Notes under the pieces: generated by a model | The model's database searches: none | Seen by the model: only the letters and a program-made list of their open reading frames with translations | What the model was told of the DNA's origin: nothing | Shown: piece by piece, positions 1 to 12,051 of the stretch | Layout of the letters: the number at the start of each line of letters is the position of its first letter | How positions within the stretch are numbered: position 1 is the stretch's first letter | Position numbers and translations under genes: made by a program | NCBI GenBank assembly: GCA_026387335.1 | Contig: JAPLLX010000002.1 | Span: 13,326-77,325 of the forward strand | From: Candidatus Omnitrophota bacterium | GTDB taxonomy: Bacteria > Omnitrophota > Gorgyraeia > Gygaellales > Profunditerraquicolaceae | Length of the DNA stretch: 64,000 nt | Reading direction: 5' to 3'

Positions 1-507
1 GAGGTCGCTTATGACGCCCAGCAGGGGAGTTACTATGTTTTCGGCGAATACCAGCTGAAACCCAAAGAGACTTTAGAAAAAGAGATAGAGATTAAAGATG
101 TCTGGCTCATTGATGAGTCGCAGATAGCCCTTTTACGGCAGGAAGCCAAGGAGGTCCTGGGCGCGTTTGAGAAAACTAAATACCTTGAGCGGGCGACGCT
201 GCTCTATAGCGGGATAGATAAGAAACTTAAAGAGGTAGAGCAGATGCAGGATCTGTCTGCCGCTAGCCCGGGTTATAAGATATCCAATTATCGTAATAGT
301 TTAAGCTTGTTGAATTCCGCCAAGGCCGACCTGCTGGCGGCGAAAACACTTTTGTCTGAAGTAGCGCCTAAGGGACTGACCAGGTTTACCTGGAAGATTT
401 TCCTGTTTATTGTTGTTTTTCTGGGAGTGCTGGGTTTGGGTTTCTTTATTATCTGGCAGCGCCAGACCAAGCTGGAAGAAGAGCAAAAGCCCCAGCAGCA
501 GGAATAA
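1..507 (+). CDS. Partial CDS (5' end outside window); hypothetical protein with C-terminal transmembrane anchor
   Basis: Frame 1 is open from base 1 with no stop until 507. The C-terminus FLFIVVFLGVLGLGFFIIW is a hydrophobic helix followed by a charged tail. No recognisable family. Confidence 0.35.
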   Translation, partial: EVAYDAQQGSYYVFGEYQLKPKETLEKEIEIKDVWLIDESQIALLRQEAKEVLGAFEKTKYLERATLLYSGIDKKLKEVEQMQDLSAASPGYKISNYRNSLSLLNSAKADLLAAKTLLSEVAPKGLTRFTWKIFLFIVVFLGVLGLGFFIIWQRQTKLEEEQKPQQQE

Positions 508-559
508 ATCCCCTTACAAGCAAGCCATAACATAGAACCGTCCCTATTGTTAATTAATA

Positions 560-1036
560 ATGAAAAATAATTATGCCTTTATTGATAGCCAAAATTTGAA
601 TCTTGCTATACGGGAACAAGATTGGCAACTTGATTTTAAGAGATTTAGAAAATATTTAGAGGATAAATACGATGTTACCAAGGCATTTCTTTTTATAGGT
701 TATATTGCCACAAACGCAAGTTTATATACATCATTGCAAGAGGACGGTTATATTCTGATTTTTAAACCAACATTATCTTTACCTGATGGCAGAGTAAAGG
801 GAAATATTGACGCAGAGTTAGTGCTTCATGCAATGATAGAATACCCGAATTACGATAAGGCGCTGGTAGTTACCGGGGACGGCGATTTCCACTGCCTTAT
901 TGATTACCTGAAAAGACAAGATAAATTAGCCAAGTTAGTTATTCCAAATCAATATAAATTTTCTTCACTTCTGAGGAAGTTCGGCCAGTATATGGTTTTT
1001 ATGAATGGCTTAAAGGAAAAGTTGAAGTATAAATAA
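560..1036 (+). CDS. NYN-domain (LabA/PIN-like) protein
   Basis: N-terminal AFIDSQNL and a GDGDF acidic motif are typical of NYN/LabA-like nucleases (PF01936). AAATAATT precedes the ATG. The gene is distinctly AT-rich relative to its flanks. A GAGAGG...CCTCTC hairpin lies downstream at about 1040-1080. Confidence 0.6.
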   Translation: MKNNYAFIDSQNLNLAIREQDWQLDFKRFRKYLEDKYDVTKAFLFIGYIATNASLYTSLQEDGYILIFKPTLSLPDGRVKGNIDAELVLHAMIEYPNYDKALVVTGDGDFHCLIDYLKRQDKLAKLVIPNQYKFSSLLRKFGQYMVFMNGLKEKLKYK

Positions 1037-1110
1037 AAAGAGAGGCATTGCCGCGGGACGAACCCTTTGGCTAACCTCTCATCGTGATTCAATAAAAGTA
1101 TATAATATTA

Positions 1111-1983
1111 ATGCCTATCTGTCAAGCAAAAAGGGGTATGAGATACGAGCAAAATAGAACTCGTCATTACGAGGAGCGTTACATTTCGTCATTGCTTTAC
1201 TCACTACGCTCGTTCGCAATGACTGGTTTTCTCATTTCACTGGCTGCTTTAGCCCAAGCTGAGGTAACTGCTTCTTATTGGCAGACCAGCAAATCCCAGC
1301 ATTTTATAATTTATTATCAGGAAGCCCCCGCCGGATTTGTTGACGAGCTTATTAATAAAGCCGAAAACTATTATAACGGCATTGTTGATGAATTAGGCTA
1401 CCGGAGGATGGATTTCTGGAGCTGGGATAACCGCGCCAAAATCTATCTTTATAAAAATGCCGATGATTTTCATACCGATACCCAGCGTTCTGCCTGGGCA
1501 GGAGCGGTAGTCTCGGTGCGTAACCGAATAATGAAAACTTTTGTCGGGCAAGAACATTTTTTTGACTCATTGCTACCACATGAGATGACGCACATTATAT
1601 TCCGGGAGTTTATCGGAGTAAATACTCCGTTGCCTCTTTGGATTGACGAAGGTGTAGCCAGTTCTCAAGAGAAAAGTAACCTTTACGCGCGTATGCAGAT
1701 AGCTAAGGACCTGGTCGCCAAAAACCAGTATATTAAACTGGATAAGTTTTCGGAAATAAGCAAGCCCGGAGAGGATACTGTCGCGCCGGATATTTTTTAT
1801 TCAGAGGCGGCGTCCCTGATTGTTTTCCTTATCCGGGACAAAGGAAGAGAACGCTTCCTGGATTTTAGCCGCTCCTTACGCGATGGGATAGATTGGAAGA
1901 GCGCCTTATTAAAGACTTATAATTTTTTGACTCTGGAAGAATTGGAGAAGGAGTGGAAAAATTATATGCTAAAAAATAAATAG
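1111..1983 (+). CDS. Secreted MA-clan zinc metallopeptidase-like protein (HExxH...E)
   Basis: HEMTH (HExxH) followed by IDEGVA (a downstream Glu), the gluzincin pattern. A signal-peptide-like segment MTGFLISLAALAQA suggests the true start may be the ATG at 1219 (or 1138). The stop TAG is the first triplet of REPIN copy 1. Confidence 0.45.
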   Translation: MPICQAKRGMRYEQNRTRHYEERYISSLLYSLRSFAMTGFLISLAALAQAEVTASYWQTSKSQHFIIYYQEAPAGFVDELINKAENYYNGIVDELGYRRMDFWSWDNRAKIYLYKNADDFHTDTQRSAWAGAVVSVRNRIMKTFVGQEHFFDSLLPHEMTHIIFREFIGVNTPLPLWIDEGVASSQEKSNLYARMQIAKDLVAKNQYIKLDKFSEISKPGEDTVAPDIFYSEAASLIVFLIRDKGRERFLDFSRSLRDGIDWKSALLKTYNFLTLEELEKEWKNYMLKNK

Positions 1984-2046
1984 GGACAGCGACCGTTTTT
2001 TCTGGTCGCTTCGCTTAAGAGAAAAATGGTCGCTGTCCCTATTTAT
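1979..2046. repeat. REPIN copy 1: 64-68 bp perfect palindrome AATAGGGACAGCGACC(A/G)TTTTT...AAAAATGGTCGCTGTCCCTATTTA
   Basis: Arms of 22-24 bp, reverse-complementary, read directly from the sequence. It flanks the RAYT gene on the left. Confidence 0.9.
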
Positions 2047-2124
2047 GTTCTTTGATAAAATATCTTAGTTAGATTCCCTTATTTCTGGCGTCTATTAATA
2101 GTAGAGGAAAGGAGGGAAACTAAC

Positions 2125-2832
2125 ATGCCTAGAATTGCCAGAGTTGTAGCGATAGGTCAGCCTCACCATATTACGCAAAGAGGTAATTACCAGCAAGAGG
2201 TGTTTCTTAGCGCGGATAACCGAAAACAATACCTTGCCTGGATTAATGAATATAGCGTAAAATACGGGGTTTCTATTTTGGCCTATTGCTTAATGCTAAA
2301 CCATGTTCATTTTATCGCTGTTCCTTATGAAAACGACTCGTTGGCTAAAACATTTAACACCGCCCATATGCGTTATGCCCAGTATCTTAATAAAAAATTG
2401 AAGCAGCGCGGGCATCTTTGGCAGGGACGTTTTTATTCCTGTGTATTGGATCAATCTCATCTTATACTTGCCGCTCGTTATATTGAAAGGAATCCTGCGC
2501 GCGCCGGTATTGTAGATAAACCTTGGCAGTGGTTATGGTCAAGCGCCGCCTTACATACGGGCAGGGAGAATGACGGGTTGATTAAATTAGGGGATCTTTT
2601 CAGAATTATAGATATGTCAAGCGTCTCGTGGGAGAAATACATTGATTCCGCGGAAGAGGACAATTTTTTACAGAATATAAGAAAGCATACATACGCCGGT
2701 CGTCCCCTCGGGGCGCCGGAATTTACTACAGATTTAGAGGAAAAATGCGGTAGAAGGCTATGCGCGCTGCCGATAGGAAGACCAAGAGTATTAAATAGGG
2801 ACAGCGACCGTTTTTCTGGTCGCTTCACTTAA
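2125..2832 (+). CDS. rayT: REP-associated tyrosine transposase (RAYT; COG1943 IS200-like HuH-Y1 transposase)
   Basis: HuH motif LNHVHFI. GHLWQGRFYS and RYIERNPARAGIV (catalytic Tyr-x3-NP) plus the WSSAAL tail match my memory of the COG1943/Y1_Tnp consensus. Strong RBS AGGAAAGGAGGG precedes the ATG. The ORF 3' end reads into REPIN copy 2 (tail ...LNRDSDRFSGRFT is the REPIN translated), so the native C-terminus is uncertain. Confidence 0.8.
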   Translation: MPRIARVVAIGQPHHITQRGNYQQEVFLSADNRKQYLAWINEYSVKYGVSILAYCLMLNHVHFIAVPYENDSLAKTFNTAHMRYAQYLNKKLKQRGHLWQGRFYSCVLDQSHLILAARYIERNPARAGIVDKPWQWLWSSAALHTGRENDGLIKLGDLFRIIDMSSVSWEKYIDSAEEDNFLQNIRKHTYAGRPLGAPEFTTDLEEKCGRRLCALPIGRPRVLNRDSDRFSGRFT

Positions 2833-2859
2833 GAAAAAAATGGTCGCTGTCCCTATTTA
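2794..2859. repeat. REPIN copy 2 (right flank of RAYT)
   Basis: Same palindrome as copy 1; loop variant CTGGTCGCTTCACTTAAG. Confidence 0.9.
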
Positions 2860-2872
2860 ATTATAAGGAGGA

Positions 2873-3754
2873 TTGATGCCGCAGGAGATAAACATCCTGG
2901 TTTTTGAAGATGATCTGACCGCAGCCGGCCTGTTGGAGTCTGCCCTTAAATCCGCGGGTTACCGCGTCTGGATGGCAACAACCGCGCGCGAAGCGCTGGA
3001 TTTATTGCGGGCTAACACCTTTCCGGTAGCAATCGCTGAGCTGCGTTCTTCCAAAATGAACGGCATTCAGTTCACTCAGGAAGTGCACAAGATATCTCAG
3101 GGCACGAATGTATTGGTTATCACGCTTTATTCTTTTATCAATTCCGCGATTGAGGCCATGGAAGCCGGAGCCTACGGTTATATTACCAAGCCTTTGAACA
3201 GTTCAGAGATACGTATTGTGGTTGAGCGGGCGGCAGAAAGGTTTTTCCTTCTTTCGACCAGCGATGAAAAGGACTATTTTGTGGATTTAGCTGTGCGCGA
3301 CGGGCTCACTGGGCTTTTTAACCGCCGCTATTTCAATGAGTTAATTAATATTGAAATTAACCGGATAAAACGCTCGCCGGCCACGCTTTCCTTACTAATG
3401 CTTGACATTGACAATTTTAAAAATTATAATGATACTCAAGGCCATCCGGCGGGAGACGAGTTGCTTAAAAAAGCCGCCAAGGTCTTTAAAAATTCCGTGC
3501 GGGCGGTGGATATGGTCTGCCGCTACGGCGGGGAGGAATTTATTGTAATGCTCCCGCAGACGGCCAAGGCCGTAGCCCAGATAATCGCCGAGCGGCTGCG
3601 CGTGCAAACCGGGCTTTATTTGCCGACGACGGTCAGCATTGGTATCGCCACGCTTCCGGAAGACGCGCAAAGCGCGGAGGATTTGATTCAGAAAGCGGAC
3701 GACGCCCTTTATCAAGCCAAAAAGAGCGGCAAGAATAAATGGTGCGCGGCTTAA
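2873..3754 (+). CDS. Response-regulator receiver + GGDEF diguanylate cyclase (PleD-like). The receiver has Glu at the phospho-acceptor position
   Basis: REC: acidic pair VFEDD, conserved T (VITLY) and K (YITKP), but the Asp position reads PVAIAELRS (Glu). GGDEF domain: intact GGEEF with an RxxD I-site (RAVD) five residues upstream. Confidence 0.85.
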   Translation: MMPQEINILVFEDDLTAAGLLESALKSAGYRVWMATTAREALDLLRANTFPVAIAELRSSKMNGIQFTQEVHKISQGTNVLVITLYSFINSAIEAMEAGAYGYITKPLNSSEIRIVVERAAERFFLLSTSDEKDYFVDLAVRDGLTGLFNRRYFNELINIEINRIKRSPATLSLLMLDIDNFKNYNDTQGHPAGDELLKKAAKVFKNSVRAVDMVCRYGGEEFIVMLPQTAKAVAQIIAERLRVQTGLYLPTTVSIGIATLPEDAQSAEDLIQKADDALYQAKKSGKNKWCAA

Positions 3755-3757
3755 AAT

Positions 3758-4003
3758 ATGCGCCTGGCGATACTTGATCCTAAAAAGGCAATTTGGCAGG
3801 GGATGGCCAAGAAGGTGACTTTGCCGGCGGCCGACGGAGAAATGTGCGTACTGGATTTTCATCAGCCTTTTGTAGTCAGGCTGGCCAAAGGCAAGATAAC
3901 TTTTTCCGGTGAGAACCTTCCGGCTCGGCAGCCGGGTATTCCTATAAAAGACGGTATCGCTTTTATGCGCTCAAATTCTTTGACTGTTTTCGCCCAGACT
4001 TAA
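3758..4003 (+). CDS. atpC: F-type ATP synthase epsilon subunit (N-terminal beta-sandwich only; C-terminal helical hairpin absent)
   Basis: LAILDPKKAIWQGMAKKVTLPAADGEMCVLDFHQPFVVRLAKGKITF matches the epsilon N-domain pattern (V..V..P...GE.GIL..H.P....L..G.I). 81 aa. Confidence 0.5.
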   Translation: MRLAILDPKKAIWQGMAKKVTLPAADGEMCVLDFHQPFVVRLAKGKITFSGENLPARQPGIPIKDGIAFMRSNSLTVFAQT

Positions 4004-4010
4004 ATAATAT

Positions 4011-4223
4011 ATGTCCACATTCGCCTTAATTCTAGTTATGATTTTAAGCACTGCCGGCCCGGCCGCGGTCATTGCCCTGGTGGGTTTTTCCGCGGTCAAG
4101 TCCATAGCGCGTAATCCTTCCGCCTCCCCCAAAATATTCATAGTCATGATCTTGGCTTTTATTTTTTCAGAAGCGATCGCGATTTTGGCGCTTCTGATTT
4201 TATATAATCTTTTTACCAAGTAG
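4011..4223 (+). CDS. atpE: F-type ATP synthase c subunit (proteolipid)
   Basis: Two-helix hairpin, 70 aa, polar loop ARNPSAS, and a carboxylate in helix 2 (FSEAIAILAL). Confidence 0.6.
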   Translation: MSTFALILVMILSTAGPAAVIALVGFSAVKSIARNPSASPKIFIVMILAFIFSEAIAILALLILYNLFTK

Positions 4224-4230
4224 AGGAATA

Positions 4231-4294
4231 AATAGGGACAGCGACCATTTTTCCCTGGTCGCCTAGACAGAAAAATGGTCGCTGTCCCTATTTA
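4231..4294. repeat. REPIN copy 3
   Basis: AATAGGGACAGCGACCATTTTTCCCTGGTCGCCTAGACAGAAAAATGGTCGCTGTCCCTATTTA. Sits between atpE and the b-delta gene inside the ATP synthase operon. Confidence 0.9.
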
Positions 4295-4302
4295 AAAACA
4301 CT

Positions 4303-5016
4303 ATGCTCGTCCAGCTTTTAGCCATCCAGATAGTCACTTTCATAGCCATTATATTTTTATTGCGTTTTCTTTTCTCGCGCCATCTTAAGGTCGCCTTGGA
4401 TAGGCTGAATACCTTGCATGAAGAAAACCTGGCCAAAGAAGAAGAGCTGAATGAGGAGTTGAAAAGGGCCAAAGAAGAGAGTCAGGCGGAAATAGAAAAA
4501 GGCAAAGAAGAGGCCGAGGTCATTATTGAAGACTCTAAAAAAGAAGCCACGCGGATACGCTTAACCCTTGAAGAAGAGGCCAAGGCCCAAGCGGCCAAGA
4601 TCGTCGCTATGGGTAAAGTTGATGCCGAGAAAATGAAGGAGAGTGTGTCCAGGGATATACAAGGCCAGAGCGTGGAATTGGCCTCCAGAATGATCTCCGA
4701 GCTGCTTATTGAAGCGGATAAAGTTGCCCTGCAATACCAGTTTGCCAATGAGATAATCGCAGAGATTGCCCGCCTGCCCAAAGAGCAGTTTAACGTCCAG
4801 GCCAAAGACATAAAAGTCACCTCCAGTTATCCTTTGCTGGACAGGCAAAGAGACGAGTTACAAAAGGTTTTAGGCGAAAAATTAGAGGGGGCCTTTAAGA
4901 TCAAAGAGCAGATAGACCCCAAGCTTATCGGAGGGCTCATCCTGGATATAGGCGGTATGGTTATTGACGGGACCTTAAAGAACAAGCTGCAAAGAATCAT
5001 TCCTTACCTTAAATGA
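4303..5016 (+). CDS. atpFH: ATP synthase b-delta fusion protein
   Basis: N-terminal TM helix plus a long charged coiled coil (b-like). The C-terminus IDPKLIGGLILDIGGMVIDGTLKNKLQRI matches the conserved delta/OSCP C-terminal motif (IDPSLIGG..I.IGD.VIDGS....L). 237 aa. Confidence 0.55.
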   Translation: MLVQLLAIQIVTFIAIIFLLRFLFSRHLKVALDRLNTLHEENLAKEEELNEELKRAKEESQAEIEKGKEEAEVIIEDSKKEATRIRLTLEEEAKAQAAKIVAMGKVDAEKMKESVSRDIQGQSVELASRMISELLIEADKVALQYQFANEIIAEIARLPKEQFNVQAKDIKVTSSYPLLDRQRDELQKVLGEKLEGAFKIKEQIDPKLIGGLILDIGGMVIDGTLKNKLQRIIPYLK

Positions 5017-5030
5017 CACAAAAATAAAAT

Positions 5031-6491
5031 ATGAAAGTTGGCGCGTTAGACATAAGGGAAGTCGGCAGAATAGAAGAGCTTAAGCAGGGGATTGTGAAGA
5101 TCAGCGGCCTGCCGAATTGTTCTTACGGGGAAGTCATTGAGCTGGAAAACGGGCTCAAGGGGATGATCATTGAATTTAACCCGGAATACGCCTTTGGCGT
5201 TGTTTTCGGCGATGAGCGTAAAATCAAAGTCGGTGATACAGTCTCCAGCCGCGGCGGCCTGCTGAATGTCCCGGTGGGAGACGGGTTTATCGGCCGGGTG
5301 GTGAATTCTCTGGCCCAACCTATTGACGGAAAAGGCAAGATCGAGGGATCCGAATTCCATCCGGTTTTTCACGAAGCAGCCGGGGTCATGGAGAGGGAGC
5401 CCATAGACCAAACCTTGCACACCGGAATAAAAATAATTGATATGCTCGTCCCTTTAGGCAAGGGCCAGCGCGAACTTATCGTCGGAGACCGTCAGATAGG
5501 CAAGACCTCCATCGGCCTGGATACGATAATCAACCAGAAAGGCAAAAACGTAATTTGCATATATTGCTGGATAGGCGGAAGTTCCGCCGCCTTTAATAAA
5601 ATAATTCAAACTCTGCGCCAGCACGGGGCAATGGATTATGTCTTAGGAGTTTGCGCTTCGGCCGGCTCAGCCACATCTGAACAATATATCTGCCCTTACA
5701 CCGCCGCCGCGCTGGGCGAATATTTTATGAATAGCGGCAGGGATGTTTTGGTCATATTTGATGACCTGACCAAACACAGCTGGGTCTACCGGCAGATGTC
5801 CCTGCTTCTTGAACGCGCTCCGGGAAGAGAGGCCTATCCCGGCGATATATTCTTCCTGCATTCGCAACTTATGGAACGGGCCGGAAGGCTAAAAAAAGAA
5901 TTTGGCGGCGGCTCAATGACCTTTCTGCCTTTTGCCGAGACGCTGCAGGGGGATATTACCGGTTATATCTGTTCCAATATAGTCTCCATGACCGACGGGC
6001 AGATTTACTTAAATACGGGTTTGTTCCAGGAAGGTTTTAAGCCGGCCATAGACCTGGAGCTCTCGGTTTCGCGTATTGGAAGCAAGGTGCAGTGCCCGGC
6101 AATCCGGGCTTTAAGCGCGGGCCTGCGTTATGAATATGTGCGTTTCCGTTCACTCTTGCGGCTTACGCGTTTAAGAACCAAGCTTAGCCCGGAAGCAGCC
6201 GAACAATTGCAGCGGGGCAAGGCCCTGTATGAACTTTTAATCCAGGAGAATAACTCGCCTATTTCTCAGGCCGAAGAGATCGCTGTTTTTTACGCTTTTC
6301 ACCAAAAGATACTGGAGGCCATAGGAATAGAGCAGGTCAGGTATTTTAAAAATAATTTTTTCTCTTATCTATCCAGCCATAACGGCGAACTCGTTGACCA
6401 GCTTAATACAAGAGGGGAACTGAGCGAAGATGTGAAGATGCAGCTGGATAAGGCGATAAAAGAATTTTTCCGCAGCTCTAAGATAGGATAG
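5031..6491 (+). CDS. atpA: ATP synthase alpha subunit (divergent)
   Basis: GRVVNSLAQPIDGKG; Walker A GDRQIGKTS; overall F1-alpha architecture. The nucleotide-binding region is unusually Cys-rich (CIYCWIGGSS). Confidence 0.85.
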   Translation: MKVGALDIREVGRIEELKQGIVKISGLPNCSYGEVIELENGLKGMIIEFNPEYAFGVVFGDERKIKVGDTVSSRGGLLNVPVGDGFIGRVVNSLAQPIDGKGKIEGSEFHPVFHEAAGVMEREPIDQTLHTGIKIIDMLVPLGKGQRELIVGDRQIGKTSIGLDTIINQKGKNVICIYCWIGGSSAAFNKIIQTLRQHGAMDYVLGVCASAGSATSEQYICPYTAAALGEYFMNSGRDVLVIFDDLTKHSWVYRQMSLLLERAPGREAYPGDIFFLHSQLMERAGRLKKEFGGGSMTFLPFAETLQGDITGYICSNIVSMTDGQIYLNTGLFQEGFKPAIDLELSVSRIGSKVQCPAIRALSAGLRYEYVRFRSLLRLTRLRTKLSPEAAEQLQRGKALYELLIQENNSPISQAEEIAVFYAFHQKILEAIGIEQVRYFKNNFFSYLSSHNGELVDQLNTRGELSEDVKMQLDKAIKEFFRSSKIG

Positions 6492-6493
6492 AA

Positions 6494-6875
6494 GATTGCG
6501 TCATTGCGAACCCCGCCTATGGCGGGGTGAAGCAATCTCTGAATATGAGTAATAAAGCAGGTTTTGTTTATCTTATGACAAACAAAATGAATACGGTAAT
6601 TTATACAGGAGTTACAAGCGACCTTCAAAAAAGAATTTATGAACATAAAGAAAAATTAGTTGATGGTTTTACTAAGAAATATAATGTTAATAGATTAGTT
6701 TATTACGAGATATTTGATGGTATAGAAGATGCAATCACAAGGGAAAAACAAATTAAAGCGGGTTCGCGGAAGAAGAAGTTAGATTTAATTAGTTCTATTA
6801 ACCCTGATTTCAAAGACCTTTATTATGAATTATGAGATTGCTTCGGCTGCCTGCAGCAGCCTCGCAATGACGCAA
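6494..6875. mobile_element. Small GIY-YIG cassette bounded by about 45-bp terminal inverted repeats, inserted between atpA and atpG
   Basis: Left end GATTGCGTCATTGCGAACCCCGCCTATGGCGGGGTGAAGCAATCTC (6494-6539). Right end GAGATTGCTTCGGCTGCCTGCAGCAGCCTCGCAATGACGCAA (6834-6875). The TTGCGTCATTGCGA and GAAGCAATCTC blocks are reverse-complementary between the two ends, and each end also carries its own internal palindrome. The interior is AT-rich. Confidence 0.7.
6545..6835 (+). CDS. GIY-YIG domain nuclease (small standalone, YhbQ/UPF0213-like)
   Basis: GFVYLMTN...VIYTGVTSDLQKRIYEH gives the GIY/YIG beta-hairpins plus a conserved Arg and Glu. The ORF track starts at 6527, inside the left TIR; the ATG at 6545 is more plausible. 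Confidence 0.7.
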   Translation: MSNKAGFVYLMTNKMNTVIYTGVTSDLQKRIYEHKEKLVDGFTKKYNVNRLVYYEIFDGIEDAITREKQIKAGSRKKKLDLISSINPDFKDLYYEL

Positions 6876-6886
6876 AGGATAAATAA

Positions 6887-10733
<3,847 letters not shown>

Positions 10734-10735
<2 letters not shown>

Positions 10736-10797
10736 ATAGGGACAGCGACCATTTTTTCCTGGTCGCATAGATAGAAAAATGGTCGCTGTCCCTATTT
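10734..10797. repeat. REPIN copy 4
   Basis: Begins at the pilB stop codon. AATAGGGACAGCGACCATTTTTTCCTGGTCGCATAGATAGAAAAATGGTCGCTGTCCCTATTTA. Confidence 0.9.
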
Positions 10798-10812
10798 ATT
10801 ACGGAGAAATAA

Positions 10813-12051
10813 ATGATATTTTTATACAAAGCCAAAAAGAGTTTAAATGAGATAGTTGAAGGTAGATTAGAAAAGGATAGCGTTGAGCAGGTTATTGAAG
10901 AGCTGCAGTCAAAAGGCCTGGTTCCGGTTTCTGTTGAGCCGCAAGAGATAAAAATCGCCCCAGATTCGCCCGCAGAAGCGACGACCGTCAAGAAGCCGGT
11001 TTTAAGGTTTAGGAGCGGGAAGTGGGGGTTAAAACAGCTGGTCCTCTTTACGCAAAAATTATACAACTTGATAAACTCCCGCGTGGAGTTACTCAGCGCC
11101 CTTAGGCTTTTAGAGAAAAATTGCGAAAACCCGACGGAGAAGGCGCTCTTAGAAGATATCATCAAGAATATTAAGGACGGCATAGCTTTTTCCGGGTGCC
11201 TTAACCGTTATCCGCAGTATTTTCCCCAGCTTTACGTCCACATAATACATACCGGAGAGACCACCGGTAAATTAAAAGAGGCGCTGTCGCAGCTTTTGGA
11301 TTACTTGCGCCGGGTCGAGGATTTAAAGAGTAAAGTCAAACAGGCGCTGGCGTATCCGATATTTATGACCGTCGTCGGTATAGGCACGATCTGCGTTATG
11401 CTGACTTTTGTCCTTCCGCGCCTGGCGAGTATGTTTGACGATTACAATGCCCAGCTCCCGATGCCTACGCTCATTTTACTTAATACCGCGGGGTTCGTTA
11501 AACATTACTGGTTGTTCATCGCGGCATTTTTTATTTTTCTTATTTTTGTCCTCAAGTTTAGCTCTCAAGGGAAAGAAAGCTTCTTCTCGCGGTTAAAATA
11601 CCACATTCCGATAGCCAAAGATATCGTTTATAAGCAGTCAGTGGAAAATTTCTCAAGAAGCATCGCCCTGCTTTTACAAAGCGGAGTTACACTTCTTGCC
11701 GCGCTTAAAGATGCCGCCTTTGTTATCGGTAATCCGGTTTACATTGAACAGCTGGAACAGGTGCGTAAGGATATCAGCGAGGGCGGCACCTTCTCCGGAT
11801 CGCTGGCAAAATTCAAGATATTTCCGGATTTTTTTGTGCAGATGATCCGTGTCGGAGAAGAGGGCGGAAGGCTGGACCAGGTGCTTTTGGATATAGCCGA
11901 TTCCTACGAGAAGGATATCGAAGCTGACCTGAAGGTAGTCAGTTCCCTTATTGAGCCGGCGATAATATTAGTCCTGGGTTTGGTCATCGGAGGCATGGTC
12001 ATTGCCATGCTTTTACCGATATTTAATATGAACAGCCTTTTCGGCAGCTAA
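10813..12051 (+). CDS. pilC: Type II secretion / type IV pilus inner-membrane platform protein (GspF/PilC family)
   Basis: Two T2SSF repeats, three TM helices, characteristic length of 412 aa. Confidence 0.85.
   Translation: MIFLYKAKKSLNEIVEGRLEKDSVEQVIEELQSKGLVPVSVEPQEIKIAPDSPAEATTVKKPVLRFRSGKWGLKQLVLFTQKLYNLINSRVELLSALRLLEKNCENPTEKALLEDIIKNIKDGIAFSGCLNRYPQYFPQLYVHIIHTGETTGKLKEALSQLLDYLRRVEDLKSKVKQALAYPIFMTVVGIGTICVMLTFVLPRLASMFDDYNAQLPMPTLILLNTAGFVKHYWLFIAAFFIFLIFVLKFSSQGKESFFSRLKYHIPIAKDIVYKQSVENFSRSIALLLQSGVTLLAALKDAAFVIGNPVYIEQLEQVRKDISEGGTFSGSLAKFKIFPDFFVQMIRVGEEGGRLDQVLLDIADSYEKDIEADLKVVSSLIEPAIILVLGLVIGGMVIAMLLPIFNMNSLFGS

Noticed and set aside
2478-2828. Minus-strand ORF 2478-2828 inside the RAYT gene
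   Set aside because: It is antisense to a well-supported transposase and has no motifs; it is a shadow ORF.
3758-4003. The 81-aa ORF upstream of atpE as subunit a or AtpI
   Set aside because: It is far too short and soluble for subunit a (5-6 TM helices). Its pattern fits the epsilon N-terminal beta-sandwich instead.
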